A DNA stretch of 60,220 bases from a virus: IMG/VR virus record IMGVR_UViG_3300045988_066950; one strand, given 5' to 3'. The notes beneath the pieces are model-generated. The model made no database searches, was not told the origin of the DNA, and was given only the letters and a program-made list of their open reading frames with translations. The position numbers were made by a program, and so were the translations under genes. Numbering within the stretch: position 1 is the stretch's first letter; each line of letters opens with the position of its first letter. Positions 1 to 10,728 of this stretch are shown here, piece by piece.

Positions 1-109
1 GTAATAGCAGGGTTGTGAGCGTTGATTCCCCATGAGTTCCATGATTCTGTGCCATGATGTCGTATGTATAAAATCCTGTAATAGCAGGGTTGTGAGCGTT
101 GATTCCCCA
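1..109. repeat. terminal redundancy / circular-closure overlap (1-55 identical to 78-132; 55-109 identical to 60166-60220)
   Basis: Direct string comparison of window start, positions 78-132 and window end. The 77-nt offset is not a multiple of 3. Confidence 0.85.
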
Positions 110-2020
110 TGAGTTCCATGATTCTGTGCCATTCAGAATTACGAGTTTCTGCGTCTCCTGCCCCTCACTGCTCACCGCGTCCACCTCACCGCCATACACG
201 GTTTCAGGCAGGGTCAGGGTGTTGGTCTGCCCGATGTATGGTGTGTAGGTGGTGGGGGCGGTGGTGCCTTCAACAACTTCAATTTGGAATTTGAAGTTGT
301 TGAATACTGTGCCTTTTCGCCAGCATTGCAGCATAAAAACAAGCTCGGTTTCTACCAGCGCAGCATCGCTTGCAATATACACATCAAGGTTTGTGCTGTT
401 TGTACCACCACGGAAGAAATGATTATAATCCGTCGTGAACAGCGCATAGGCAAAAGTAATGCCGTCACCGCTTCCTAAAGAGACACTGCCACCCACCTTT
501 TTGACATACATGGTGTAGGTTTTTCCCGCGACCCAATGCAGCCGACATGTTCCAATCGTGATATTGCCTTTTCCAGCAAGTGTTCCGTTTAACGTGATAT
601 TTTTTTCTGCGTCTACTGCTATTTTAATGTCTGAAGAGGAATCTTCTGTGCTTAAAAACTCAATGACATTCTCCCCACACCGATCCACCATCACGCTGTC
701 ACGTCCCTTGATGGGGCGAATGTTTTCGGGGCTTGGCGTTCCCGTGCCCTCTTGCGCTGGTTCCCACATCGCTTTCACGCCCAGCGCATATCCCGCCACA
801 GGGTAGCACACAACAGGGTTGCCGCTCTCTTCCAGAGGCGGGCAGAGCATATCAATGATGTGCTTACTGCTCCACGGCTTGTCCCCGATGCTGCTGTCAT
901 CGGGAGTTATGTTCTTCACGCTCTCGGCCAGCGTGTCCGCGCTCTGCTTGACGTTTGCCTCGGATTTCGCCGCAGCCTCGGCGCTCTTAGCCGCCACATC
1001 CCGGGCGGCCTCCGCGCCCTTCTGGGCAGTCTTGGCATCGTCCCGGACCTTCTCGGCAGCGCTCTTGGCATCCTGCGCCTTCTTAGCCGCCGCCTGCGCC
1101 GCAGTCTGCGCCTTTACCGCATCTGCCTTGGCCGCCGCCGTAGCAGTCTGGGCGTCCTGGGCAGCCTTGGCCGCGGTCTCGGCAGCTGCCTTGCTTGCCG
1201 CTGCGTCGCTGGCGCTCTGGCCTGCGTCGCTGGCGGCAGCCGTGGCCGTGGCCGCTGCCTTCTGTGCCGCCGTGGCATTCTCTCCGGCGAAGTAGGCCGC
1301 ATTGTTGGCCGCTGCCTTGGAATTCTCCGCCGCCAGGGCAGCCCGCGCAGCCTCCGCCGCCAGCGTATCCGCTGCGCTCTTACTGGCCGCCGCGGCAGCA
1401 GCCGCATTTTCCGCCGCCTCTTGGGCAGCCTGCGCGGCCTTTGCATACGGCCCGGCCTTGTCTGCACTTGCCGCAGCATTGCTTGCACTCGCCGCCGCTG
1501 CATTCTCACTGGCCTTCGCAGCCCTTGCCGCAGCCTGCGCATCTTCGCTGGCCGTCTCTGCGTCCTCTGCACGCGCGTTGGCTTTTTCAGCGGCCTCAAA
1601 CGCACCGTCCCGGTATCCCTTGGTCTCGGTCACGAACTGGTTCCAGCGGTCATCTGTCGGCACAGGGTCGCTGTCCGTGGTCTCGCTATGGTTCGTGACC
1701 TTATAATTCAGGTTTGTGGAAATACGCCGCTGGCCGTTTATGCTGCCCTCAAACGCAAGGCACCCAGAAAAAGTGTTTTCCTTTGTGGCTTCCCACGGCA
1801 CATCTGCATAGCCGTCCTTCCCCACGACCCTCTTTGCCACAACCTTGCCATTTACATTGAAAAACGCCGTAATGGTCAAATCCTGCCATGCCGCGTCCAG
1901 TGTAAGGTGCAGCTTTTCAATACCGTAGCTGCCCCATGTGCCCAAGTCCAGCATGCCGCCGGGGGAAGTAGCTTTGTACCCGGCGATGCTGATTTCATGA
2001 ATAATTATATTCTCTGCCAT
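110..2020 (-). CDS. tail fibre protein, 5' part; ORF continues across the junction into 59759..60220 (about 790 aa in total)
   Basis: ATG at 2020 preceded by GAGGAGG. The frame stays open to the window edge, and no stop-bounded minus ORF is listed here. The centre is Ala/Lys/Gln-rich and coiled-coil-like; the frame matches 59759..60220. Confidence 0.8.
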
Positions 2021-2034
2021 GTCTGCCCCTCCTC

Positions 2035-2994
2035 TTAGTAATAAATTAGTGTTATCTGGCGATACATGCTACCATTTCCACTCCATTTCATGTTAATGGT
2101 GTTTCCACTGATGTGCAGGTACTCAATGTCATGGTTGTACGCAGTTTCTGCGATGTCGCAGATGCCAACCAGCGTGCCACCCGTAAAAGTGTAACTCCAG
2201 TACATCGAGCTTGGAGCCATGGTAATTGTCATTGTTTTCAGACTTACAGCGGTGACCTTCCCGTTCCCGTTGTGATATCCAGCAGGGATGGTTGCCTCGC
2301 CTCCAGGATTTATTGTTGTACCCCAGCTGCCTCGATTCGGCATGTTACCCTTCACGATGCTATGTGCGTCATTGGCATAGCCGCTGCTCCCCTCCAGCAT
2401 CTTGTCTGCGGTGACATTGCCTGTCAGCGTGAGCGTGCCCTCTTTGATGGTCTTGCCGCCCGCATAGAACTTATTCCCTGCCAGCACATTGTCCTCGGTG
2501 GCGGTGGCGAGTGCCAGCTTGGATGCGCTGAGGCCACCGCCGCCGTTAAAATTTAGCTGCGTTCCATCATAGAAAAACAGCACCCATCTGCCCTTGACGA
2601 TGGTGTCTCCGTCCACTGCGTCTGCGCCACAGTAGGCCGGAACCGCTACGCCGTTGACCGTGAAACTGTCGCCCGCTGCCCAGGATGCGGGAATCTTGCA
2701 CCGGCCTACCGCGCCGCTGCCGACCAGCGCATATACGCCGTTCCTCTTTTCGCAGGTGTAGGGCTGCACGGTCACCTCGCCGCCGCCCGCGCCCGTGGGG
2801 TCCAGCTCGGTGAATCCAGCCGCCACGCGGCGCTCCAGGTCGTTCATCGTGTCCGCATCGAAGGCATCGCCATCTTCCATGATGATGCCCTCGGAGCGGG
2901 AAACATCGTACTCGCCATCGTTGCCAGTCGGGGTCAGCTTGCGCCGAGAGGGGTGTTCGCTCTGGCGATTGACCCATACTTTTCGTTCGTACAT
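2035..2994 (-). CDS. tail fibre / receptor-binding-like structural protein
   Basis: Internal ATG at 2994 overlaps the upstream stop (TGATG). Gly-rich, beta-rich sequence sitting in the tail-tip block. Confidence 0.45.
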   Translation of the reverse strand: MYERKVWVNRQSEHPSRRKLTPTGNDGEYDVSRSEGIIMEDGDAFDADTMNDLERRVAAGFTELDPTGAGGGEVTVQPYTCEKRNGVYALVGSGAVGRCKIPASWAAGDSFTVNGVAVPAYCGADAVDGDTIVKGRWVLFFYDGTQLNFNGGGGLSASKLALATATEDNVLAGNKFYAGGKTIKEGTLTLTGNVTADKMLEGSSGYANDAHSIVKGNMPNRGSWGTTINPGGEATIPAGYHNGNGKVTAVSLKTMTITMAPSSMYWSYTFTGGTLVGICDIAETAYNHDIEYLHISGNTINMKWSGNGSMYRQITLIYY

Positions 2995-3389
2995 CAGATC
3001 ACTCCAATCGTCTGTCCGGCGCAGATTTCGCCGGTGTAGCTGTGTTGTGCGTTCCTGCGCCAGAGCTCGTACATCGACCACTGCACCTGCTCCATCGTAT
3101 TGATGTCGCTGTACAGGGTGCTGGGCGTCTCGGGCAGGGCCGGTGTTCCCGGCAGGGTATAGTAGGCATCGCGCAGGGTCTGGATGTTTTGCAGAATACG
3201 CTCCATCTCGCTGCGCGTCAGCAGGTCGGTCGGGGCCCATGTCTTGGTCTGGATTTTAGGCCCCAGCAGTTCTGCCAGATAAGCGGAGTTACCCTCCAGC
3301 CGATTCAGCAGTGCCGCGTTGATATAGCACTTATCCGCGCCTGCGGACACATCCGCTTTGGTGCGGTCGTAGATTGGCTGCTGCCACAT
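2994..3389 (-). CDS. hypothetical tail-tip associated protein
   Basis: 131-aa ORF, translationally coupled on both sides within the tail block. Confidence 0.4.
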   Translation of the reverse strand: MWQQPIYDRTKADVSAGADKCYINAALLNRLEGNSAYLAELLGPKIQTKTWAPTDLLTRSEMERILQNIQTLRDAYYTLPGTPALPETPSTLYSDINTMEQVQWSMYELWRRNAQHSYTGEICAGQTIGVI

Positions 3390-5146
3390 CAGATCAGGTT
3401 CCTTTCTCCGGCATGGATTTCACCCGCATAGGCGGCTGCGTTGCTGGTAAGTCTACGCCCGATGACCTTGGCGTCTGCCAAAAAGCCACCAGTCAAATCA
3501 AATTCCAGCTTTGTGAGCATCCCTCGCACCATTTCGCCGCCGAAGCTCTGAATGATGAGCCTGTCGGCCAGCTTTTCATCACCGGCGACCATGGAGAAGT
3601 TCTGCTCGTATCGCTGTGCGTAATGCTCCAGCACCCGCACGGCCACGGCCTCTGCGCGGCTTGGGTCTACCAGCGTGGCGCCTGTCACGGTCAGCTCATT
3701 GTCCTGCACATTGGGCGGCAGGTTCGCCGCTGTGCGCTTCAGGACGACCGTGCTGTCGGCGTATTTGTGGCCCGTGACACAGACCTCGCCCGCTTCTGCG
3801 ACTGTCAGGGTGCAGAGGTTGACGCCGCTCTCGGTGAGCTCTGCGCCCGTGACGGTCAGGCTGCCCACGACTGCCGGGGCGTTGAAGGTCACCCGGTAGG
3901 TGCCCGGGTCAAGGGTGTCTCTGTACAGTTCCTCAGTGGATTCTCCCGGCAGGTATCGGTGGGCGGTCACTGCCACAGCGGTAATCAGCGGATTGAGCGT
4001 TACCTTGCTGCCGTCCTGCAGCTTTCTGTCGTAGGTAATCATGCCGCTGGCCTTGGACGGCGCAGGGGCAATGCGTATAAGCTCGCCTCGACTGCAATCG
4101 ACCACAGCGCCTATGGCAAATGCGAGCTGCTGCAGGGCCTCTCTGCGCGTCCCTGCGGCAATGTATCCCTGCACTCGCTCTGCGGCCAGACTCTCGTCCA
4201 AGGTGTAACTGTATCCTGTCAGGATCGCCGCTGCGAGCTCTGCTGCGGTGGTGTCGTAGATGCCCCCATCGAACGGTGAGCCGTCCAGCAGGCCTATGGC
4301 ATCGACGGCAGAGAAGTCCGCCAGCGTATCACCGCTGTTGCTCCAGTCCGAGAGGTAAAATGTGCCCATGCAATAACTCACGCTGCTTGTGCTGCGTGCG
4401 TCCTGCTTTACATCCTCCCAGATCGTGAATTTCTGCTTGTGCTGCAGAACGTCAAAGTAGCCCTCGGGATTCAAGATGGAAAAGCGGCCCTCTTTGTTGT
4501 ACAGCGACACGTTCAGCGTGTTGATGCTGATCTCGGAGCTGATGGGGTCGCATTCCTCCAGAACATGGGCCTCTACGATTTCGTGACCGCTGAAATGCAA
4601 GTAAACACCGTAGTCAATGCCCGCCAATTTGAGGTACCTCCCGGGCCGGTTTGTCTCGAAAAAATGAATACGGATGCGGCGGTAATTCTCTACCTTCTTG
4701 GCGCAGTAATAATCCACCGCGTTCGGGTAAAAGAGCTCCGTAGCGATAAGTCCTCCGTCTTGGCCGAACCACTGGATTTTGACGCGGCTGGCCCAGTCCT
4801 CTGTTGGGATGTAAAAGTGCAGCGTGAGGCCGCTGCTGCTGTGGTCTTGCGTGAAGGTGATGTCCAGCACAGGCGGGTCGGCAAACACGCCGCTCTTGTC
4901 GCTCTGCGTGGCGCTCCACAGCCCCCAGAAGTACTGCTCGGGAACCTCCGGGAAGAAGGCAAAGCTGCCATCCATGAGCCACTGCTCGCTCTCCAGTGTG
5001 CCGTATTTGTTTTGGCTCGGTACGCTTTCCAGCAACAGGTCGCGGCCCAGATTGCAAAAAGGCTTTGCGGTCGTGCAGCTCGGGGCGCTGTCGCCTCTGG
5101 CGGTGACATCGTAAAGGCCGAACTCCACGCGCGTATTGGTTCTCAT
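3389..5146 (-). CDS. tail-associated (Tal/baseplate hub position) protein
   Basis: 585-aa ORF two genes downstream of the tape measure (a small 122-aa Dit-position protein lies between). Call is by synteny. Confidence 0.5.
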   Translation of the reverse strand: MRTNTRVEFGLYDVTARGDSAPSCTTAKPFCNLGRDLLLESVPSQNKYGTLESEQWLMDGSFAFFPEVPEQYFWGLWSATQSDKSGVFADPPVLDITFTQDHSSSGLTLHFYIPTEDWASRVKIQWFGQDGGLIATELFYPNAVDYYCAKKVENYRRIRIHFFETNRPGRYLKLAGIDYGVYLHFSGHEIVEAHVLEECDPISSEISINTLNVSLYNKEGRFSILNPEGYFDVLQHKQKFTIWEDVKQDARSTSSVSYCMGTFYLSDWSNSGDTLADFSAVDAIGLLDGSPFDGGIYDTTAAELAAAILTGYSYTLDESLAAERVQGYIAAGTRREALQQLAFAIGAVVDCSRGELIRIAPAPSKASGMITYDRKLQDGSKVTLNPLITAVAVTAHRYLPGESTEELYRDTLDPGTYRVTFNAPAVVGSLTVTGAELTESGVNLCTLTVAEAGEVCVTGHKYADSTVVLKRTAANLPPNVQDNELTVTGATLVDPSRAEAVAVRVLEHYAQRYEQNFSMVAGDEKLADRLIIQSFGGEMVRGMLTKLEFDLTGGFLADAKVIGRRLTSNAAAYAGEIHAGERNLI

Positions 5147-5161
5147 CGGGGCTGGCCCTCC

Positions 5162-5530
5162 TTAAAATCTGGCGGGGGTCTTGGCGATGAAGTTGATCGT
5201 CAGCCCTTTCCAGTAATTGGCTTTTCCTCGCTGCAAAAGTAGTTCGTCGCCGATGTTGGAGAAATACGCCATAAAAGTATAGTCTCCGTCCGTGCCCGGG
5301 ACCGTGACCGTGTGGAACTCCTCCGGCTCGGTGATCTTGTCCCAAAACCGGGAATACTCCGCACGGTCAATGCCCGGCGCGACTGTCAGCTTGTAGTTGA
5401 AATACACACCGATCAGCTCGCGCTTGAGGTCGCCGTTCTCTGTGCGCTTGGCGTGCTTGTCCAGGAAGTCAGCGGTGCGCTTGCAGCTGAGGACATCGAC
5501 TTTGAAATTCTCGCCATCAATAATCAACAT
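5162..5530 (-). CDS. small tail component (distal-tail-protein position)
   Basis: 122-aa ORF abutting the tape measure stop. Call is by synteny only. Confidence 0.4.
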   Translation of the reverse strand: MLIIDGENFKVDVLSCKRTADFLDKHAKRTENGDLKRELIGVYFNYKLTVAPGIDRAEYSRFWDKITEPEEFHTVTVPGTDGDYTFMAYFSNIGDELLLQRGKANYWKGLTINFIAKTPARF

Positions 5531-8500
5531 CAGTACACACCTCCCGTGACCAGCTTGGCTCCGCGCCGGTTCTCCTCTTTGTCGATATAGGGTTTGAGCA
5601 CCCGAGCCAGTTGGGCAAGGTCTCCGGCGAAGCGGATCGTGATGTCCTGCTGCCCTGTGTAGGCTTCCATAACCTCTGCGAGGGCCTGCTGAATGGTTGC
5701 CAGCGGTGCCTCGATGTTGGTGCCGTTGGTCTGGTCACCCAGCACTGCAAGGAATTCATGGTTTGCCGGAATGACTGCGCCCTGTGCCAGATAGGGGATT
5801 TGCGGCGCGGTGATGGGGTCGATGTTGAAGCCGACCCGCTCTACGCCGAGCTTGTCCTGCGCCCATTCTGGAACGTCGAAGCCAAAGCCGTTCAAGACAC
5901 TAATGACTCCGTTCACACCGCCAACAATGGCCGAGATCATGCTGTTAACCAGACCGATGATGCCGTTGATGGCCGTCTCGATTGTATCCGTGATGCCTTC
6001 CCAGATGTCAGACACAAAGTCCGAGACAGCGGTCCACGCATCGTTCCAGCCCTGCTGGATGTCGGCTGCTGCGCTGTCCAGTGCGGTGCCGATATTTGTC
6101 CAGAAATCGTTCCAGCCTTGAGTAATATCCTCCCACAGCTGCATGCCGATCAGCTTGACAGTTAGCCACAAGCCATTCCAGATTTCCTTGACTTTTTCAC
6201 CGGCGCTATGGACTTTTTCTTGCAAATTGTCCAGAGTTTCGCCGAGCTTTTGCTTGATTTCATCCCAATGCGCAACAAGGCAGGCAATGATGGCAGCGCC
6301 TAAAATAAGCAGTACCGCTATAATCGTTGCGGGCCATAGGCCGATTGCTGAAACGATGGCCGTAATCAAAGCCGTCAGGCCGCTGAGAATAGTTGGTAGC
6401 ATTGTGCCGACAATCCAACCCGCAATTTTGCCAAGAAGCTGAACACCCATAATCCCGACCTGTTTTGACAATTCTGCTAAAACAGAATCGATGACAAATC
6501 CGCCAATAATAGGAAGTAGACTTGCCCCGATGATTGTCATTAGCATGGGCCAGAGATTGTTTATGATTTCTCCGAGCTGAGACAAAATGCCAGCCCAATC
6601 AACAGCCTCAATGCACTCCATGATTTTTTGGCCGACAGCGCCCCAATCGACTTGATCAAGGATGCCATTGATAGCTTGCAGTACATCTATCGCGAGTGTA
6701 CCCATCGCGGAAAAAAGCCCGACCCAGTCTATGGCGCTTACCATCGAGACGATGTTCTGGCCCAGAGCTGTCCAATCGGTGCCCTGCACCGTTGCGATGA
6801 GCGTGTGCAAAAGGCCGACAACGAATCCGCTAAGCCCCAGACCCGCCTCCATCCATGGAATGTTTGCGATGGCCGAATTGATGCAAGCTGCGATAGAATT
6901 TCCAAGGTCTGCCCAGCCTGTGTAGGTCTGGACGAAGCTATAAAGCGTGAGAATCGCTGCCCGCATTCCGTCCGTCAAAACTCGCCCGAGCAGGGGCCAG
7001 TCGAGCTCTGCCACCGCAGTGGTGATCCCTCTCGCGAGTCCTGCGCCCAAGCTGTCCCAGTGAATGCCCTGCATGAGCGTATCCGCAAAGATGAGCGCCG
7101 TGTTCAAGCCCTGCGCTACAGTATGACCGACGGCCTCCCACAATCCAGGCACTTCAATAAAGCCGTTGATGCAGTTGGCGATGTTGGTCGCCCATGCTCT
7201 GGCTTTGTCATGAATATCGGGCCACGGGATTGCGTTCAGGCTATCGCGCAGCTTCTCGCCAATCAGCTGGCCGACTCCGTACCAATCGCCATCTTTGATG
7301 GCCTGCAGGATTTCGTCAAGAAACGGGTTGTCTGTGTTAAAGTCGTAGTTCGGGGTGATGGCTCCCGCACCGCCGCCGCTGTTTTTATCCAGCACGTCCA
7401 GTTCATCGAACTTCGCCAGTGCGCCGTCCGCTGCGCTGCCTGCCGATTTTGCAGCCTTGGCATACTTGCCCATCGCTTTGGCCGCGCTCTTGCTTGCCCC
7501 TATGGACTTGCCGGTCAGGAAAGACACAAGCTGGGCGATGTAGTAAAAGGCGGTTGCTGCTGCGTTGGCTATGGCCGTGAGAGCCGGGAGGAGCGCCTGA
7601 AGCAGCGGTGCGGCTGCGGTGGATGCCGCGCCCTGCAGGTTGCCGAGTGCGGCTCTCAGCGTGGCCGAGGAGAGCGCGGCAGAGCCCATCCATTCGGTGG
7701 TCTTCCGCAGTCCTGCGGAGATCAGGTTGAACACCAAGGCTCCGGAGACGATGCTCATAAGGCGGTTGCGGAAGCTGGCGAGATTCTTGCTGCTCTGGGT
7801 GAGCTTGGCTCGCAAGCCGTCTACGGCCCGTTGAAGGGTATCAAAGACACGCGCTCCGAGACCTCCGACCGTGCGCAGGGCATTGTTGAGGGTACCAGAC
7901 AGCGCTTTGTTTAATCCGGTGATTCTGCCGGAAAGTAGTCCAGCAGAACTAGATGAACCGGGCACGGAACTTCCTTTAGGCGACTTAGCGGCTGCGCGTT
8001 CACGTGCAGCCCTGTTCTCCGCGGCCTGGGCGGCCTTATCCTGGGCGTTCACGGCCTTCTTGGTATCTGCTACGATGCGCTCCGCATGTTGTGTAGCCGA
8101 TTCGTCTACAGTACCGTACGCTTTATTTTGCCGATTCTCGATTTTGGCAAAAGATGATTCTATGGCATCGGCTTGTTTGTTAAAATAGGCCTGCATATCA
8201 TCTTCGCCGCTAAGATGCTGAATTAGACTTTTTTGCTGATTTACGGCATCGTTTTCTTGATTTAGCTGTGCGGTAAGCGCTGCATGACGCTTTTGCAAGC
8301 CAGAAATAGCATCGCCTTGTGCATTGTAATCTGATTCAATCTCAGCAACTTTGGCATCTTGCTTTTCAAGATCATCGAGGAGTTTTTGGTTTTGATTCAG
8401 GAGAGAGGTTTCCCCCTCCATGCGAGATTTAAGAACATCTTGCACTTTTGAATCACTCAGGCCGGGGTAATCCGATTTAATATCAGCAAGATGGGATTTT

Positions 8501-8742
8501 TTGACATTTTCTAGCTGTGCGTTCACCTTTTCAAGAGCAACGGCAGTATCATCAGCGTTTTGGCGGGCTTGATTTAAGCTGTCGCCTAATGCGCTACGCT
8601 TTGTTTGCGCAGAATTTAACTGCTTATCTAAATCACCAATCTGCTTTGATGTGCTCTTGACCTTTGCCTGTAACGCTTTTAAGTCGGATTCTGCGCCCTT
8701 TTTGTTCAGGCGGGCATCTATTGTGATTGACCCATCTGCCAT
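5530..8742 (-). CDS. tail tape measure protein
   Basis: 1070 aa with an N-terminal coiled coil, central hydrophobic Gly/Ala-rich helices, and a position after the tail chaperones. Confidence 0.9.
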   Translation of the reverse strand: MADGSITIDARLNKKGAESDLKALQAKVKSTSKQIGDLDKQLNSAQTKRSALGDSLNQARQNADDTAVALEKVNAQLENVKKSHLADIKSDYPGLSDSKVQDVLKSRMEGETSLLNQNQKLLDDLEKQDAKVAEIESDYNAQGDAISGLQKRHAALTAQLNQENDAVNQQKSLIQHLSGEDDMQAYFNKQADAIESSFAKIENRQNKAYGTVDESATQHAERIVADTKKAVNAQDKAAQAAENRAARERAAAKSPKGSSVPGSSSSAGLLSGRITGLNKALSGTLNNALRTVGGLGARVFDTLQRAVDGLRAKLTQSSKNLASFRNRLMSIVSGALVFNLISAGLRKTTEWMGSAALSSATLRAALGNLQGAASTAAAPLLQALLPALTAIANAAATAFYYIAQLVSFLTGKSIGASKSAAKAMGKYAKAAKSAGSAADGALAKFDELDVLDKNSGGGAGAITPNYDFNTDNPFLDEILQAIKDGDWYGVGQLIGEKLRDSLNAIPWPDIHDKARAWATNIANCINGFIEVPGLWEAVGHTVAQGLNTALIFADTLMQGIHWDSLGAGLARGITTAVAELDWPLLGRVLTDGMRAAILTLYSFVQTYTGWADLGNSIAACINSAIANIPWMEAGLGLSGFVVGLLHTLIATVQGTDWTALGQNIVSMVSAIDWVGLFSAMGTLAIDVLQAINGILDQVDWGAVGQKIMECIEAVDWAGILSQLGEIINNLWPMLMTIIGASLLPIIGGFVIDSVLAELSKQVGIMGVQLLGKIAGWIVGTMLPTILSGLTALITAIVSAIGLWPATIIAVLLILGAAIIACLVAHWDEIKQKLGETLDNLQEKVHSAGEKVKEIWNGLWLTVKLIGMQLWEDITQGWNDFWTNIGTALDSAAADIQQGWNDAWTAVSDFVSDIWEGITDTIETAINGIIGLVNSMISAIVGGVNGVISVLNGFGFDVPEWAQDKLGVERVGFNIDPITAPQIPYLAQGAVIPANHEFLAVLGDQTNGTNIEAPLATIQQALAEVMEAYTGQQDITIRFAGDLAQLARVLKPYIDKEENRRGAKLVTGGVY

Positions 8743-8780
8743 TGAATCAACCTCCTCTCTTTGACTTTGTTAGAGTTGGA

Positions 8781-9341
8781 TTATGAATTGAGTAACGCAA
8801 GCAACCGCTCTTTTTCTGCCCTATTCTCCGCGCTTTCAGGAGCGTGGATTCTGATGATTCGATCGTTCTCTTTGGCAAATTCCTGTTCGCTCTTGTCAAG
8901 TTTTTTTCCGTGAGCCCTTTTATATCGAATACTTACGACTTGAGCAAATAGCCCATCTCCAATACCGTAGAAAGCTCCGAGAAACTCCCACCAATGCAAG
9001 TACTCACATCGGCGGCAACTGTACCCCAGTACTTTATCAACAGCGGGTGCGATTAAGGCTGCATCTTGTTCCCAATCTACAATTCGAGGACGTGGAATTG
9101 TAGAGTCTTCGGGTTGTCCGCCATTGATAAACAAAAACGCTGCCCGTAACGCAGCATTTGCGTCGGGCAGCGCTTGCCATTTTGGGTATAGAATTTCAAG
9201 GCAGGCAGCGTACTGTTCCTGTTGAGTCATTTCCGGGTCTGCTAACGCCGCAAGGGCATCAAGTACAGCTCGGAAATCAGATCGGATGGCAAAATTCTGA
9301 CCATCTACATCTACGGTTGTGGGCAGTTCCCAAGCGCTCAC
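8781..9341 (-). CDS. Gp15-like tail assembly protein
   Basis: 186 aa with a GTG start overlapping the upstream stop. Position and sequence style resemble the Listeria/Streptococcus phage Gp15 family. Confidence 0.5.
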   Translation of the reverse strand: MSAWELPTTVDVDGQNFAIRSDFRAVLDALAALADPEMTQQEQYAACLEILYPKWQALPDANAALRAAFLFINGGQPEDSTIPRPRIVDWEQDAALIAPAVDKVLGYSCRRCEYLHWWEFLGAFYGIGDGLFAQVVSIRYKRAHGKKLDKSEQEFAKENDRIIRIHAPESAENRAEKERLLALLNS

Positions 9342-9781
9342 GCCTTCTGGCCGGGGGCCAGGCCCTTGGCCGTGTTCGTGTAGGCACCAGCGTGTTTCTG
9401 CACACGCTTCTGGCTGGCTCTGACGGCGCTGCCGACCGCGTCCTCAATAATGGGGACTGCCGCCTGGAGGGCTTTCTCGAAGACCATGGTGCCGTCAGGG
9501 AGCAGCGCCAGGGCAGAAACCCCTTTGAAAAACACCGAGGAAGCATCGCTACCGAAGATGTAGTTGATCTGCTCCCGGATGAGCTTGTCCGCCTCGATGA
9601 TCTGGTCTACGCCCGCGTCTGCTGCCAGCCCATCGGCCAGCTGCTGAATGGCGCGGCGGGCCTCCTCCAGTCGTGCCGCGATACCAATGTCCGCAGGGTT
9701 GACATAAAGCGTGCCCAGCAGGGTGCCATCGATGTCTTTGACCTCGTAGCTTTTAAGGCCTCTGTCGATTTTCAGTTCCAT
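9338..9781 (-). CDS. tail assembly chaperone
   Basis: 147-aa ORF between the major tail protein and the Gp15-like/TMP genes. Confidence 0.5.
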   Translation of the reverse strand: MELKIDRGLKSYEVKDIDGTLLGTLYVNPADIGIAARLEEARRAIQQLADGLAADAGVDQIIEADKLIREQINYIFGSDASSVFFKGVSALALLPDGTMVFEKALQAAVPIIEDAVGSAVRASQKRVQKHAGAYTNTAKGLAPGQKA

Positions 9782-9799
9782 TGTACACCTCCGTTATGC

Positions 9800-10285
9800 T
9801 TAGGCCTCGGTGAAGGCCTTCGTGCTCGGGTTGAATGTACCCGTGGTCTTCGCGCCAGTGTAGTGAATATTGAACGGAATCTGGTAACCAGTGGTGTCGC
9901 CGCCGTAGCTAGAGACCTCGATGTAGCACTCCTCGCGCACAGCGGGGAAAGCGCCGGATGCCTCCTCGTTCCAGAGCTTGACCTCCACAATGTCGGTTTT
10001 GAGGTCGTCAAGAACCATGTTTCCATCAATGATGGCCTGCAGCTTTTCAAACAGGGGGTCGCCCTTTTCGGCGTAGTAGGGGCTGACTTCGCCCTGCTTC
10101 TGGTAGCTGTCGATCGTCACGGACGTGTTACCGAGAATGTTTTGCTTTTTCTCGACATTGGCACTCAACTCGGGGGAATACTCCTCCAAATCTTTGCCAA
10201 GGCGTACATACTCGGCGGTGCCCTCACTGTCGTTTGCAAAATGGGCATTCAGATAGTGCGCCATGTATTTGCGTTCGATCTTCAT
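9800..10285 (-). CDS. major tail protein
   Basis: 161 aa. Position and TP901-1/phi13-like sequence style. Confidence 0.6.
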   Translation of the reverse strand: MKIERKYMAHYLNAHFANDSEGTAEYVRLGKDLEEYSPELSANVEKKQNILGNTSVTIDSYQKQGEVSPYYAEKGDPLFEKLQAIIDGNMVLDDLKTDIVEVKLWNEEASGAFPAVREECYIEVSSYGGDTTGYQIPFNIHYTGAKTTGTFNPSTKAFTEA

Positions 10286-10287
10286 AG

Positions 10288-10728
10288 TCAGTTTCTCCTA
10301 TATGTGATTTGTATCTGAATCTGATATTTTGCGCTATCAACACCAATCTGCGATGGATACGCGGTCAGTGTGGGAACGATAGCGCAAACCCGACCCTCCT
10401 CTATGCAGGGGTAGTTTCGGGCATTGTTCTGCTCTACCATCCACGCAATCAAACCCGTATAAAAAGCGAGATTGTCGGAGTTTTGTTTGACATCAGCCCC
10501 AAAATTCTCACGCGTAGCAAAAATATAGTTTTGAGTCTGCTTATCATCCAGAACATAATCTCCGAGGATGTTCTCATGGTAGGTCAGAGTGGATGGTGAT
10601 GCGTAAATGGCGTATTCGGTAGGGTTTTCACCGAGGTAATCAGCACCAAATCGTTTGTTTTTAGACAGCAGCGGGCATTGCCTAAACCACTTCCGGATTC
10701 CCTCAGTGCTATTTGATACCTGCAGCAT
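10288..10728 (-). CDS. tail completion / tail terminator-position protein
   Basis: 146 aa. Call is by synteny. Confidence 0.4.
   Translation of the reverse strand: MLQVSNSTEGIRKWFRQCPLLSKNKRFGADYLGENPTEYAIYASPSTLTYHENILGDYVLDDKQTQNYIFATRENFGADVKQNSDNLAFYTGLIAWMVEQNNARNYPCIEEGRVCAIVPTLTAYPSQIGVDSAKYQIQIQITYRRN

Noticed and set aside
1-154. A genuine 77-bp tandem duplication within the tail-fibre gene.
   Set aside because: 77 is not a multiple of 3, so it would truncate the fibre. The duplicated blocks are exactly two 55-mers matching the opposite window end, which fits an assembly overlap better.
752-2038. Long plus-strand ORFs over the tail-fibre gene (752..2038, 819..1295, 1195..1698, 1302..1706) and a minus off-frame ORF (1114..1605).
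   Set aside because: They overlap the Ala-rich (GCN-repeat) part of a well-supported minus-strand gene. Their translations are Arg/Pro/Ala low-complexity strings with no RBS. They are typical GC-rich shadow frames.
8781-9781. Programmed -1 frameshift (G/GT-type) between the tail chaperone and the Gp15-like ORF.
   Set aside because: The downstream ORF has its own GTG start overlapping the stop (GTGA). I could not find a convincing XXXYYYZ slippery heptamer near the end of 9338..9781.
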